NCBI GenBank assembly: GCA_043771635.1
Contig: JAYVHA010000017.1
Span: 36,761-100,760, forward strand
Origin: Candidatus Woesearchaeota archaeon
Lineage (GTDB): Archaea > Nanobdellota > Nanobdellia > Woesearchaeales > SKIA01
Direction: 5' to 3'
DNA length: 64,000 nucleotides
The notes under the pieces are model-generated. The model made no database searches. It was given only the letters and a program-made list of their open reading frames with translations, and was not told the origin of the DNA. Below are positions 35,723 through 44,236 of the stretch, in pieces. Numbering within the stretch: the first letter of the stretch is position 1; every line of letters begins with the position of its first letter. The translations under genes were made by a program, and so were the position numbers.

Positions 35723-37846
35723 ATGAGACGCGGACAACTTTCTTTATTTCTAATCATCGCCGCTGTCATTATAATTATTGGCGGACTTGCTACTTACCTT
35801 TTGATGCGCGTAAATTCCGAGCCAGACACTACGATTGGTGTTAGAACTGATCTGCAACCAGTAGAAGCGTTTGTTACAAGTTGTCTCGAACAATCTACTA
35901 GGGCATCACTAGTGGCAATTGGAGAAACGGGAGGTTATGTAGATCCAGTAGCGGATGGCTACGTAGCAAATCCGCTACGCCCAACAGAATCAAAAGCATT
36001 CGAGCCATTTCAGAATCGGCCTGCTATGCCTTATTGGAGTTACCTTGCAAGCGCAAATGATTGCACTACTTGCGTTGAAGCTAGCGAAAAGCCAGCACTT
36101 CTCGGCGCCGCTCCGGCAATTCAAGGTCAATTAGAAAATGATATTTCGCAGCGCACTCTTACTTGTATTGATGAATTTTCAACCTTTGCTGAGCAGTATA
36201 CGATAGTAGCTGACAAGGATCCTGTAGTGAAAGTTACTTTCGGTGTTCGAGACACTATAGTGTCAATGAGTTATCCAATAAAAATCGAATCAAGCGGTGG
36301 CACAGCGCTCGAGCGCAGCGAGTTTATTGCAAAAGTTGATGTTCCGCTGAAGCAATTGTACGATACTGCTTCGTCTATTGTTGCGCAGGCGCAGGCTAGT
36401 GGCTTCTTTGAAGGCCTTACTTTGGAAGCAATTACTTTGGAGTCAACGGACGATAAATTGCCACCAATAGCGAGCGGCTACGATCTAGGTTTTTCACCCG
36501 GTCCAATCTGGGCTTTGTTCCAAGTACGCCAAACTGTTGCAACTGCGCTGCAGCGCGACATAGGAATTGTGCAGTTATTTGCTTCGAGAAGTATGAGCTT
36601 TGTAAAAAGTGGCGACTCTACAACTGATAGAATCTACGCAAACTATTATTTTAATATTCCCGAGGATGTAAGTTCACTAGACGCCTCGTTCATATACCTT
36701 AGTCGATGGGAGCCGTACGTTAGAGTAAGTCCCGGTGGACAAATAATTAAGCCTGACCGCTTGTCGTCGCACTTATTCTTCTTGCCGCAGTTTAAGATGC
36801 TAGATTTCCAATACGACGTAAGTTATCCTGTACTAGTGCAGCTAAGTGCAGATACAAGTCAAGGGCCGTATGTGTTCCAATTCCCAATAGAAGTAAATAT
36901 GCGAAACAATAAGGTGTTATCGTTCGCTCCTTACGGCGATGACAATACTGCGCAAGAGTCTGTGTGTGGGGATGCAGAGGCAATAGGAAGTGTAGTGACG
37001 GTTACAACCAAGGATAGTTCTGCGGATGCTCCAATGACTGCTTTAGTTACTTATGAATGTTTGAGTGACGCTTGTTCATACGGCGAATCAGAAAATGGGC
37101 GCTTAACCGCTCAACTTCCGCCTTGCGTTGGAGGCGCACTAGTCGCTGAGCGTGAGGGCTTCCGAACAGCTCGTGTTTCAATAGACAGTATATCTTCAGA
37201 AAGCCGCCAAGTGGATATGAAATTAACGCCGCTGAAAGAAACTACGGTGGCTGTTCGTCCAATGATAATTGCTAGAGAATCTCGAGGTGGTACCGTTGAC
37301 AAGCCTGAACTTGGCGCTTGGGTGCAACAAGGCGAACTAGGCTCTTTTGATAAGCCGTACAAAGCAATCATTACATTCGTTCCAGTTGATGATCCTGAGT
37401 ACGCACAAGTGGCTGTAGTTCCTGCGCCTGAAGACAGCACTCCAACAAACCCTGTTCAACTCGCGCCTGGCGACTATGATGTTACTGCAGTAGTGCTACA
37501 AAGTCTTACTGAAGTACATGTTTTGCGAGGCCGTGAGATTTGTGGAGGGGGAGTACTTGGAATAGGGGACACCTGCGAAACTATTCCCGATATTAAACTT
37601 GGAGAAGGCGGTACAGTGACTCTTGAGGATGGTACTGAAGCGCAGGCGCCGGCCGGTGAAATATACATTGGAGGAATGGTGCGTGATGAGACCACCTCGC
37701 GAATGACTATTACGGCTGAAATGCTTGGAGACGGAATTTTGACGGTACCAGTAATTATTATTTCATTAGCGGAATTACAAGTTATTGAGGATATGGAAGC
37801 GCTGGATCAGCTTGATGAATTTAGTGCTGACTTGTGGCTAGAATAA
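35723..37846 (+). CDS. 707-aa protein with a class III (prepilin-like) signal peptide
   Basis: 'MRRG|QLSLFLIIAAVIIIIGG' is the signal. The ATG directly abuts the stop of the giant gene (TAAATG). Confidence 0.75.
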   Translation: MRRGQLSLFLIIAAVIIIIGGLATYLLMRVNSEPDTTIGVRTDLQPVEAFVTSCLEQSTRASLVAIGETGGYVDPVADGYVANPLRPTESKAFEPFQNRPAMPYWSYLASANDCTTCVEASEKPALLGAAPAIQGQLENDISQRTLTCIDEFSTFAEQYTIVADKDPVVKVTFGVRDTIVSMSYPIKIESSGGTALERSEFIAKVDVPLKQLYDTASSIVAQAQASGFFEGLTLEAITLESTDDKLPPIASGYDLGFSPGPIWALFQVRQTVATALQRDIGIVQLFASRSMSFVKSGDSTTDRIYANYYFNIPEDVSSLDASFIYLSRWEPYVRVSPGGQIIKPDRLSSHLFFLPQFKMLDFQYDVSYPVLVQLSADTSQGPYVFQFPIEVNMRNNKVLSFAPYGDDNTAQESVCGDAEAIGSVVTVTTKDSSADAPMTALVTYECLSDACSYGESENGRLTAQLPPCVGGALVAEREGFRTARVSIDSISSESRQVDMKLTPLKETTVAVRPMIIARESRGGTVDKPELGAWVQQGELGSFDKPYKAIITFVPVDDPEYAQVAVVPAPEDSTPTNPVQLAPGDYDVTAVVLQSLTEVHVLRGREICGGGVLGIGDTCETIPDIKLGEGGTVTLEDGTEAQAPAGEIYIGGMVRDETTSRMTITAEMLGDGILTVPVIIISLAELQVIEDMEALDQLDEFSADLWLE

Positions 37847-37890
37847 CTAGTGTCGAAACCCGAACCAGCTGCGTTTACCCCTCCAAAAGC

Positions 37891-37898
37891 TTATAAAT
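37891..37898 (+). promoter_or_regulatory. TATA box for the 37920 gene
   Basis: 'TTATAAAT' is centred 25.5 nt upstream of the ATG at 37920. Confidence 0.5.
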
Positions 37899-37919
37899 CG
37901 GAATTGACGGGCGAGTAGT

Positions 37920-39782
37920 ATGACTAAAGGCGCGCATAAGGGAGATTATGTTACAGAAGTAGTTCCTGCAGCGCAAGCGCCTGTTCCAGACTCGCAGCCA
38001 GAGCAATCTGAAGCAACAATTGCTGACGCAGTTGCGAATCCGCAAGCGCAAGCGGCGTTAGCAGCGCGTGTCGACGCGATGCGCCCGCAACTTGAAGCTT
38101 TCCAAAATAAATTAATGGAGCGCTTTAGTGACTATATTCTTGGCACGGCAATTCTCCCGCCGCTGCCAGACCGGCCTGATAAAACCGCGATGCTCATCTT
38201 AATTGATGACACAGACTCAAAGAAGATGGCGAAGTCCGAGCTACGAGAAAAGCTCCATAATATCTTCACACAAGAAGCAACAAACATCGACCCGAATCTC
38301 GAGCCGGAAACACTCCTCCTCAGCGAACTATGGGGTTTCTGCTTCGACGCGAAGTACGACGTGCTAGGCAACATTGCGCAAGCAACTATACTCTTTGACA
38401 AAGGTATGCTCGGCGCCGTAAAACTAGCGGAAACGCACAAGCAAATGGTGCTTAAGAAGTTCGAGAAGTACATTGTGTGCTACGTTCTCGCAGGTTCGCT
38501 CACGCAAGGCACAGCAACAACCAAGTCGGACGTTGACGTCTTCATCGTAATCGACGACACTGACGTAAAGAAGATGACGCGAGCGGAGCTAAAAGACAAG
38601 CTTCGCGCAATCATTATTGACATGGGCTACCACGCCGGAGAACTCACTGGTATCACAAACAAAATCAACATTCAAGTTTACATCCTCACTGACTTCTGGG
38701 AGAACATAAAGGAAGCGAACCCGGTAATTTTCACTTTCTTGCGTGATGGCGTTCCGTTCTACGACCGTGGCGTATTCATGCCTTGGAAGCAACTTCTCGA
38801 AATGGGCAAGATTAAGCCGAGCCCGGAAGCAATCGACGCATTCATGTCACAAGGGGACCAGTGGCTTAAGCGCGTCTCGCTAAAACTTAAAGAAATCGGC
38901 ATGGAAGACTTCTTCTGGGCAACCTTAACGCCAAGTCAAGCCGCCCTTATGCTGTACGGCTTGCCGCCGCCGACGCCAAAAGAAACGCCGAACGTCATGC
39001 GCGACATCTTCGTAAAGAAAGAAAAATTACTTACCGACAAAGACGTTGATACGCTAGCTAAAGTAATTCAGTTAAGAAAGGACCTCGAGCACGGCGACCG
39101 CACAAGCGTAACAGGCGCCGAAATTGACGCGTTAACAATTGAAAGCGAAGCGTACCTTAAGCGCCTGCAAGAATTGTTCGAAGCCATTAACGCGCGAAAA
39201 GAAGCAGAGAACGTGCTTCACGCGTATGAGTCGACAGTTACTGCAATCCGCGACGCATTAAGATTGGTGAATGTCAAAGAAAGTCCTGAAGCGAAACTCG
39301 GTGAGCTCTTCGACAAACACTTAGTACACTCTGGCCTTGTCGCAGAGAAGTACAGTCGTTACGTGCAAGACATAGTCAATGCAAAGAAACTATACGACAA
39401 AAAGAAGCTAACCAAAACAGACATTGCGGAAACAACAAAGCAAGCTAGAGAATTATTCAAAGTCCTAATTGAGCACGTGCAGCGCTCCCGAACGCGCGAA
39501 CTTGAGCGCGTGCGCATGAGAATCCGCCACGGAGAGAAAATAGGTGAAGTTCTATTCCTGCGCCAGCATCTGCTTGTAGTGCGAGATGTGCAGGCGCAAG
39601 AAGGGTTTATGCTCGGCGCGTATGAGTCCTCAGGAGCGGTAACCAATCTGCATGACGTAACGCCTGAAGAGTTTGAGCAAGCATTAATTGAGCCGCAGCC
39701 AGCAGAGCTTGTTGGCGTGCAAGCAGAAACGCTTACTGCGCTGCGAGCAGTGTTCGGCGCTGAAATGGAAATTTTACTTTAA
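37920..39782 (+). CDS. Tandem nucleotidyltransferase-fold protein (degenerate plus intact copy) with a long helical C-terminal region
   Basis: The intact copy is 'LAGSLTQGTATTKSDVDVFIVIDDTDVKKMTRAELKDKL'. The upstream degenerate copy is 'MLILIDDTDSKKMAKSELREKL'. 'ANPVIFTFLRDGVPFYDRGVFMP' is paralogous to 18400..19314. Confidence 0.7.
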   Translation: MTKGAHKGDYVTEVVPAAQAPVPDSQPEQSEATIADAVANPQAQAALAARVDAMRPQLEAFQNKLMERFSDYILGTAILPPLPDRPDKTAMLILIDDTDSKKMAKSELREKLHNIFTQEATNIDPNLEPETLLLSELWGFCFDAKYDVLGNIAQATILFDKGMLGAVKLAETHKQMVLKKFEKYIVCYVLAGSLTQGTATTKSDVDVFIVIDDTDVKKMTRAELKDKLRAIIIDMGYHAGELTGITNKINIQVYILTDFWENIKEANPVIFTFLRDGVPFYDRGVFMPWKQLLEMGKIKPSPEAIDAFMSQGDQWLKRVSLKLKEIGMEDFFWATLTPSQAALMLYGLPPPTPKETPNVMRDIFVKKEKLLTDKDVDTLAKVIQLRKDLEHGDRTSVTGAEIDALTIESEAYLKRLQELFEAINARKEAENVLHAYESTVTAIRDALRLVNVKESPEAKLGELFDKHLVHSGLVAEKYSRYVQDIVNAKKLYDKKKLTKTDIAETTKQARELFKVLIEHVQRSRTRELERVRMRIRHGEKIGEVLFLRQHLLVVRDVQAQEGFMLGAYESSGAVTNLHDVTPEEFEQALIEPQPAELVGVQAETLTALRAVFGAEMEILL

Positions 39783-39944
39783 TTATTTCGCGTAGTTTTC
39801 AAGATTGATATTGTTGTCGCGTCCATTATCGGATATGCTCCGCGGAACATATAATACTTATTGTGCTTATATGTCTATATAGTAAATAATGGAACTTCAA
39901 TTATAAAATGGCTTTTCTTCGTACTGAACAGCGCTGTTATCGAT

Positions 39945-39985
39945 AATTCGTTTAGATTTTCTCACTTAATGAGAGTAAACGAATT
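39945..39985 (+). promoter_or_regulatory. Imperfect hairpin/dyad upstream of the CBS gene
   Basis: AATTCGTTTA (39945-39954) pairs with TAAACGAATT (39976-39985), with an inner TCTC/GAGA. It lies about 30 nt upstream of the TATA 'ATATAAAT' at 40014-40021. Confidence 0.35.
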
Positions 39986-40041
39986 TTCGGGATGATCATC
40001 GCACGCGGTTATCATATAAATGAAAACGCTCTCCTTAAATT

Positions 40042-40581
40042 ATGAAAACTGGCTATGTTGTAGGTGACGCAATGACAACAAAACCCGTTACAATCGGGCC
40101 ATCGTTATCAGTGCGCGACGCAGCGCATATAATGCGGGACAAAGGAGTAGGTTCGCTGCTGATTGTAGATGATCATCATGTACTATTAGGCATCGTAATT
40201 GCAGAGGATTTTGTATCGCGTGTAACTGCGGAGGCGCTAGACCCTGACACGACTTTGATTAAAGATATTATGACAACTAAGCTTATTGACATTCGGCCGG
40301 AAGCTGACGTGCATGATGCTATGGAAATTATGTCGGCGCACAACATTTTCCACTTGCCTGTTCGTGATGGTCACCACAAGCTTTTAGGATTTTTGACGTT
40401 TAAGGACGTACTAAAAATAGAGCCGGCACTTTTTGAAATACTTGCAGAACTTGCGCAAACGCGTAATAGGCCAGGTGTAAAAGGACAGGAAGGATATTGC
40501 GCTGAATGTGGCAACTTCGCCGAAGATTTAGTGGTTGTTGAAGGCAAGGTTCTGTGCAGTTACTGCAGCGAGAATGCTTAG
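40042..40581 (+). CDS. CBS-domain pair protein with a C-terminal zinc ribbon
   Basis: 'VGDAMTTKPVTIGP...' and 'IFHLPVRDGHHKLLGFLTFKDVL' are CBS-like. The C-terminal 'CAECGNF...CSYC' is the zinc ribbon. Confidence 0.8.
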   Translation: MKTGYVVGDAMTTKPVTIGPSLSVRDAAHIMRDKGVGSLLIVDDHHVLLGIVIAEDFVSRVTAEALDPDTTLIKDIMTTKLIDIRPEADVHDAMEIMSAHNIFHLPVRDGHHKLLGFLTFKDVLKIEPALFEILAELAQTRNRPGVKGQEGYCAECGNFAEDLVVVEGKVLCSYCSENA

Positions 40582-40618
40582 TTAGCACTGTTCGACTTCA
40601 TATCTGCTGATAAGTATA

Positions 40619-40626
40619 TTTATAAA
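40619..40626 (+). promoter_or_regulatory. TATA box for the 40649 operon
   Basis: 'TTTATAAA' is centred 26.5 nt upstream of the ATG at 40649. Confidence 0.5.
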
Positions 40627-40648
40627 CGAAGTTTGTGCGTACTAATGT

Positions 40649-41209
40649 ATGGCCGGCGGTACTCCAGCAGACAGTTACGAGACTTGGCCGACGATTATCC
40701 GCTATGACGGCGTATTTGATTGGGATGGGATGTACAAAGTAATTATTGAGTATTTGCGCCGAAATAATTATTGGTTTTACGAAAAATTGTACAAGTCTAA
40801 ACCTTGGAGCCCGATCGGAACCGAGCTGGTTCTAAAATGGGAGGCAAAACGTAAACTTGACGAGTACTATATGTATGAACTTAGCTTTGAGTGGCACTTC
40901 ATGGATTTTCATCACGTTGATGTAATCCGAGAAGGAAAGAAACTAACACTTACTAAAGCATACTTCTATGTGACTATTCGTGGCAAGGTAATCCAAGACT
41001 GGCAAGGCCTAGAAAATAACGGCGAAACAGGTCACGGAAGTAAATGGCTAAAGATGCTTGGCAAATTCTTCCGCGATCATGTTATTGACCGCGAATATAC
41101 GTATGATTATATTTATCCGCTATACGATGAAGTGATGGACGTGCAAAAACTTATTCAAGATTACACGCATATGGAAAGTTCGCGCACAGAGAAGGTGGCG
41201 CATGGTTAG
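40649..41209 (+). CDS. Unknown-family protein, paralog A
   Basis: 'IIRYDGVFDWDGMYKVIIEYLRRNNYWFYEK...KRKLDEYY...VDVIREGKKLTLTKAYF' is alignable to 41228..41728. Confidence 0.6.
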   Translation: MAGGTPADSYETWPTIIRYDGVFDWDGMYKVIIEYLRRNNYWFYEKLYKSKPWSPIGTELVLKWEAKRKLDEYYMYELSFEWHFMDFHHVDVIREGKKLTLTKAYFYVTIRGKVIQDWQGLENNGETGHGSKWLKMLGKFFRDHVIDREYTYDYIYPLYDEVMDVQKLIQDYTHMESSRTEKVAHG

Positions 41210-41227
41210 TACGGTGAGACATAACTA

Positions 41228-41728
41228 ATGGCGGAACTCACTACGGTAGTTCGCGGAATGAAAGTCTCGTACGAAGGACTCTTTGACTTTGCAGACTTAA
41301 TGAAAAACTTAATGGGATACTTCCGCTCTGAAGGGTTTGGATGGTTTGAGAGCCAGCACACCGAGCTGGTAAAAGAAGGAGGTAAAGATATTTTTATTCA
41401 GGCTGACAACCGCCGTGAACTCTCGGATTACGCAAAAAGCCGAATAGTTATCTACATAACTGCTCGCGAACTTACCGACGTGGAAATAGAGAAAGACGGG
41501 CGTAAAATGATTGTGAATAAGGCAAAAATTACTTTTGAATTCGAAGCGTACATCTTAACAGACGCTGTCGGCCGCTTTGAGAAAAAGGCTTGGATGTACT
41601 TTTACCGCGCTATCATGGAGAAGTTTATAGGAGTGCGTGAAATCCATCGCTATAGGACGCTGGTGCGCGAGGACATGGATTTAATCTTGCGCGAAGTGCA
41701 CGGTTATTTAAACACTAAAACATACTGA
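41228..41728 (+). CDS. Unknown-family protein, paralog B
   Basis: 'KVSYEGLFDFADLMKNLMGYFRSEGFGWFES...RRELSDYA...TDVEIEKDGRKMIVNKAKI' is alignable to paralog A. A GGTGA Shine-Dalgarno-like site lies about 12 nt upstream. Confidence 0.6.
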   Translation: MAELTTVVRGMKVSYEGLFDFADLMKNLMGYFRSEGFGWFESQHTELVKEGGKDIFIQADNRRELSDYAKSRIVIYITARELTDVEIEKDGRKMIVNKAKITFEFEAYILTDAVGRFEKKAWMYFYRAIMEKFIGVREIHRYRTLVREDMDLILREVHGYLNTKTY

Positions 41729-41735
41729 GGATAAA

Positions 41736-42278
41736 ATGGGCGAACTGCGAGGAATTGGAGGCTGGCTGCTTGTGTTTCTTATTCTTACAGCGGCGGTTAG
41801 CGTATTTCTAGTAATATTGCTAATCTTGCTACTAAGTCATGGCACGCTCAGCCGCGAAGAGAGCATGGCAGGCATTTTAGGGGTGGCGCTAGCGGTTGTC
41901 GGCAACGCTGCTGCAATACTTTGGCTTGGACTTGAGAAACCTCGTGGCGTTCCACTCGCGCAGCGTGGCTTGATTTTAACCTTAATTACGTGTATTCATA
42001 TTGCGCTCCTTGAGCACTTGGCAAACACGCCCTTTTTAGAAATCATGCTCCTCGTAGTAGGATTTGTGCTTGCGTGGTCAATATATTTCGGGTTTTCAGC
42101 ATACATTCACCGCAGGCACTTTCAAGTGGATGTAAGTAGGCGTATATCTGCGACATACCCAGCCGACAAGAGACCTCTCCCGCTAGTAGTGCGCGCAGTT
42201 TATTCAACTGTAATAGTTGCTTATGCGGTCTATGTCGGCGTATTTATTTGGCGCGTGATTGCGCTCAGCGCAGCTTAA
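41736..42278 (+). CDS. Polytopic membrane protein (4-5 TM)
   Basis: Hydrophobic segments include 'GGWLLVFLILTAAVSVFLVILLILLL'. A GAGGA site lies 7 nt upstream, and the gene is 7 nt after paralog B. Confidence 0.55.
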   Translation: MGELRGIGGWLLVFLILTAAVSVFLVILLILLLSHGTLSREESMAGILGVALAVVGNAAAILWLGLEKPRGVPLAQRGLILTLITCIHIALLEHLANTPFLEIMLLVVGFVLAWSIYFGFSAYIHRRHFQVDVSRRISATYPADKRPLPLVVRAVYSTVIVAYAVYVGVFIWRVIALSAA

Positions 42279-42310
42279 AATTCTGATATTTTGCTTTACC
42301 AAACACCATA

Positions 42311-42318
42311 TTTATAAT
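42311..42318 (+). promoter_or_regulatory. TATA box for tRNA-Leu
   Basis: 'TTTATAAT' is centred 26.5 nt upstream of the tRNA 5' end. Confidence 0.55.
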
Positions 42319-42340
42319 ACGTATTTAGCTCACTACTAAT

Positions 42341-42424
42341 GCAGGAGTGGCAGAGTGGTCAAATGCGGCGGACTTAAGATCCTCTCCCCCAGCGGGTTCG
42401 TGGGTTCAAATCCCTCCTCCTGCA
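42341..42424 (+). tRNA. tRNA-Leu (anticodon UAA), class II with a long variable arm. No CCA is encoded.
   Basis: The acceptor GCAGGAG/CTCCTGC pairs perfectly. The anticodon loop is CTTAAGA, and the T-loop TTCAAAT is present. There is one mismatch each in the anticodon and T stems. Confidence 0.8.
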
Positions 42425-42432
42425 CTAACCGC

Positions 42433-42487
42433 GTGCATCGGCAATGTCCATAGGCGCCCCGCGCCTAGCCGATGCACATATTTTTTT
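42433..42487 (+). terminator. Nested hairpin followed by T7, after tRNA-Leu
   Basis: GTGCATCGGC (42433-42442) pairs with GCCGATGCAC (42468-42477). The inner stem is AGGCG/CGCCT, followed by 'ATATTTTTTT'. Confidence 0.5.
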
Positions 42488-42545
42488 CTTTACTTCTATA
42501 GCTCTTAAATTTACAATTTAATGCGCTCGCACTTCTAAGGCAAAT

Positions 42546-43028
42546 TTAAGCAAGCTGCGTTAGTAGCTTCTTAGTCAAAGTTTGCACGTTCGTCTGGTCG
42601 CCGCTTTGCACTGCTTTGAGTAGCTGTTGGTTTGTGGTGCGCGCCTCATTGAGTCCTTTTGCAGCAAGTAGTCCGTCAAGGTTTGTAAGTTCGCGAAGGA
42701 CGGTTGCGCTGTCTCCGTTACTTGCGGCCATTTGCACGCTCGCAACTGTCGCGGCGATTGCAGGGTCTTTGATGCTGCTTCCTATTTGTGTTGATAGCAG
42801 TGTTGGCAGCGCAGCGTCTTTGTTTCCGCTTTGCACTGCGGCAAGAATGCTATCGAGGCGGAACGGCGGCTCGCCGCGCTCAAGCCTTGTTTGCACTATT
42901 TCGCTCGAGTTTTTCATAAACATCGCGCCGATAACGGCGGTGTAAATTAGCACGCACCAAAAGATTATTTTTAGAACTAACAATACTGAGGTGAGGCGCT
43001 CGTTCAGAACCATAATTAATAATCTCAT
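42546..43028 (-). CDS. N-terminally anchored protein with three degenerate ~35-aa repeats
   Basis: The TM segment is 'VLLVLKIIFWCVLIYTAVIGAMF'. The repeats are 'AAVQSGNKDAA', 'SVQMAASNGDSAT' and 'KAVQSGDQTNVQT'. Confidence 0.5.
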   Translation of the reverse strand: MRLLIMVLNERLTSVLLVLKIIFWCVLIYTAVIGAMFMKNSSEIVQTRLERGEPPFRLDSILAAVQSGNKDAALPTLLSTQIGSSIKDPAIAATVASVQMAASNGDSATVLRELTNLDGLLAAKGLNEARTTNQQLLKAVQSGDQTNVQTLTKKLLTQLA

Positions 43029-43116
43029 TACTGAGTATATAAAGACTGTTCATACTTTCTAAGAATTATTAACTAAAAAAATAGAAAAATGATTAATTGC
43101 TAACTTTGGTGCTTGC

Positions 43117-43908
43117 TTATTCGCTGCCAGCAAAGCCTGCTGTAGCTGGCTTCTGAAGGCCTGGTGCGTTTGCAATTCCTTTGCCTGGTACGCCCTTAGC
43201 GGCAAGTACTTCTGCCTTTGTTGCTGGCGCTACTACTACTGGTTCAAAGTCAAAGACCGTGGTGCCGGCAGTAGTGCTTACAACAACATTGTCGAAGTAG
43301 CCATCAAGACCTACGTCGCTATTTGACGTGTCGCCCATGTTCAGTGCGAATGCTCTGATGTTCGAGCCTGCGCTGAAAAGGTCCATGTCAGCCGGTACAG
43401 CTGGACATGCGTACGGTGATGAGCCTCGTGTTGTAACAGCGTAAGCTTGCGTTGGGTCGAATGCTACGGTTGTCCATGCAGTTGTCGAGCCGATTGTTGG
43501 CACGACATTGTAGCGGCAGTCGTAGAATTTAGTGTCGTTTGAGACGCCGAAGTTTGCGTATACGTTCAAGTAGAACTGTCCTGCTGACGTGTTCGAGCCG
43601 TTTGGTCCGATGCGGAAGTCATACGAGAAGTTCGTAAAGTTAGCCATTGTTGTGCCAGGGTAGTATTCCCCAACAAACTTGTTCGACGCGTTCGTGCCAA
43701 TCGGTAAAACGTACAAACTGCCTGTGCCAATACTTGCTTGATCTGTATTAAAGACAAACGGTGTTGACGTGCTTGCGTCGCGATTAAAGAGCCAACCTGG
43801 CTGGTTTTCTCCTGCTGCGGTGTCGCCAGTAATGGTGACTGTTGCTGCGCTTGCTGATGCTACCATCAGTAGTGCTAAGGTACATGAACTGAGAATATTC
43901 CATTTCAT
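43117..43908 (-). CDS. Secreted protein of unknown function (signal peptide, several N-x-S/T sequons)
   Basis: 'MKWNILSSCTLALLMVASASA' is the signal peptide. A GGAGGG SD site lies about 5 nt upstream. Sequons: NAS, NFT, NFS, NGS, NTS, NDT. Confidence 0.6.
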   Translation of the reverse strand: MKWNILSSCTLALLMVASASAATVTITGDTAAGENQPGWLFNRDASTSTPFVFNTDQASIGTGSLYVLPIGTNASNKFVGEYYPGTTMANFTNFSYDFRIGPNGSNTSAGQFYLNVYANFGVSNDTKFYDCRYNVVPTIGSTTAWTTVAFDPTQAYAVTTRGSSPYACPAVPADMDLFSAGSNIRAFALNMGDTSNSDVGLDGYFDNVVVSTTAGTTVFDFEPVVVAPATKAEVLAAKGVPGKGIANAPGLQKPATAGFAGSE

Positions 43909-44102
43909 TGTATTCCCTCCAGAAGACGTGTTTGATCAAACAAATGCGTCCTCGTACCTCTGGAAGTAAGTACTAGAATATATATTATTTGTTACTATTA
44001 TAAACGATTTCACCTGCCTAGTTGTGGAGCGCAACTAATTTCATAATTTTCGTTTCGAGTGTTACTTGAAAGTTCGTACGCAGTATTTACTGTGGCAATA
44101 TG

Positions 44103-44110
44103 TTTATAAA
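44103..44110 (+). promoter_or_regulatory. TATA box for tRNA-Thr
   Basis: 'TTTATAAA' is centred 28.5 nt upstream of the tRNA 5' end. Confidence 0.55.
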
Positions 44111-44134
44111 CGCCCGTTCGACCCGACTGTTAAG

Positions 44135-44206
44135 GCCTTCCTAGCTCAGCGGTAGAGCACTTCATTGGTAATGAAGAGGTCCCGTGTTCAAATCACGGGG
44201 AAGGCA
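44135..44206 (+). tRNA. tRNA-Thr (anticodon GGU). No CCA is encoded.
   Basis: GCCTTCC/GGAAGGC acceptor, GCTC/GAGC D stem, CTTCA-TTGGTAA-TGAAG anticodon arm, CCGTG-TTCAAAT-CACGG T arm. Confidence 0.9.
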
Positions 44207-44236
44207 TTGCTTGGCGTAGTAAACAGTCTGTAGCTT

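Noticed and set aside
43929-43940. Perfect 12-nt palindrome GTTTGATCAAAC upstream of the secreted-protein gene
   Set aside because: It is a single isolated palindrome with no second copy and no clear relation to a TATA box. That is insufficient to call an operator.
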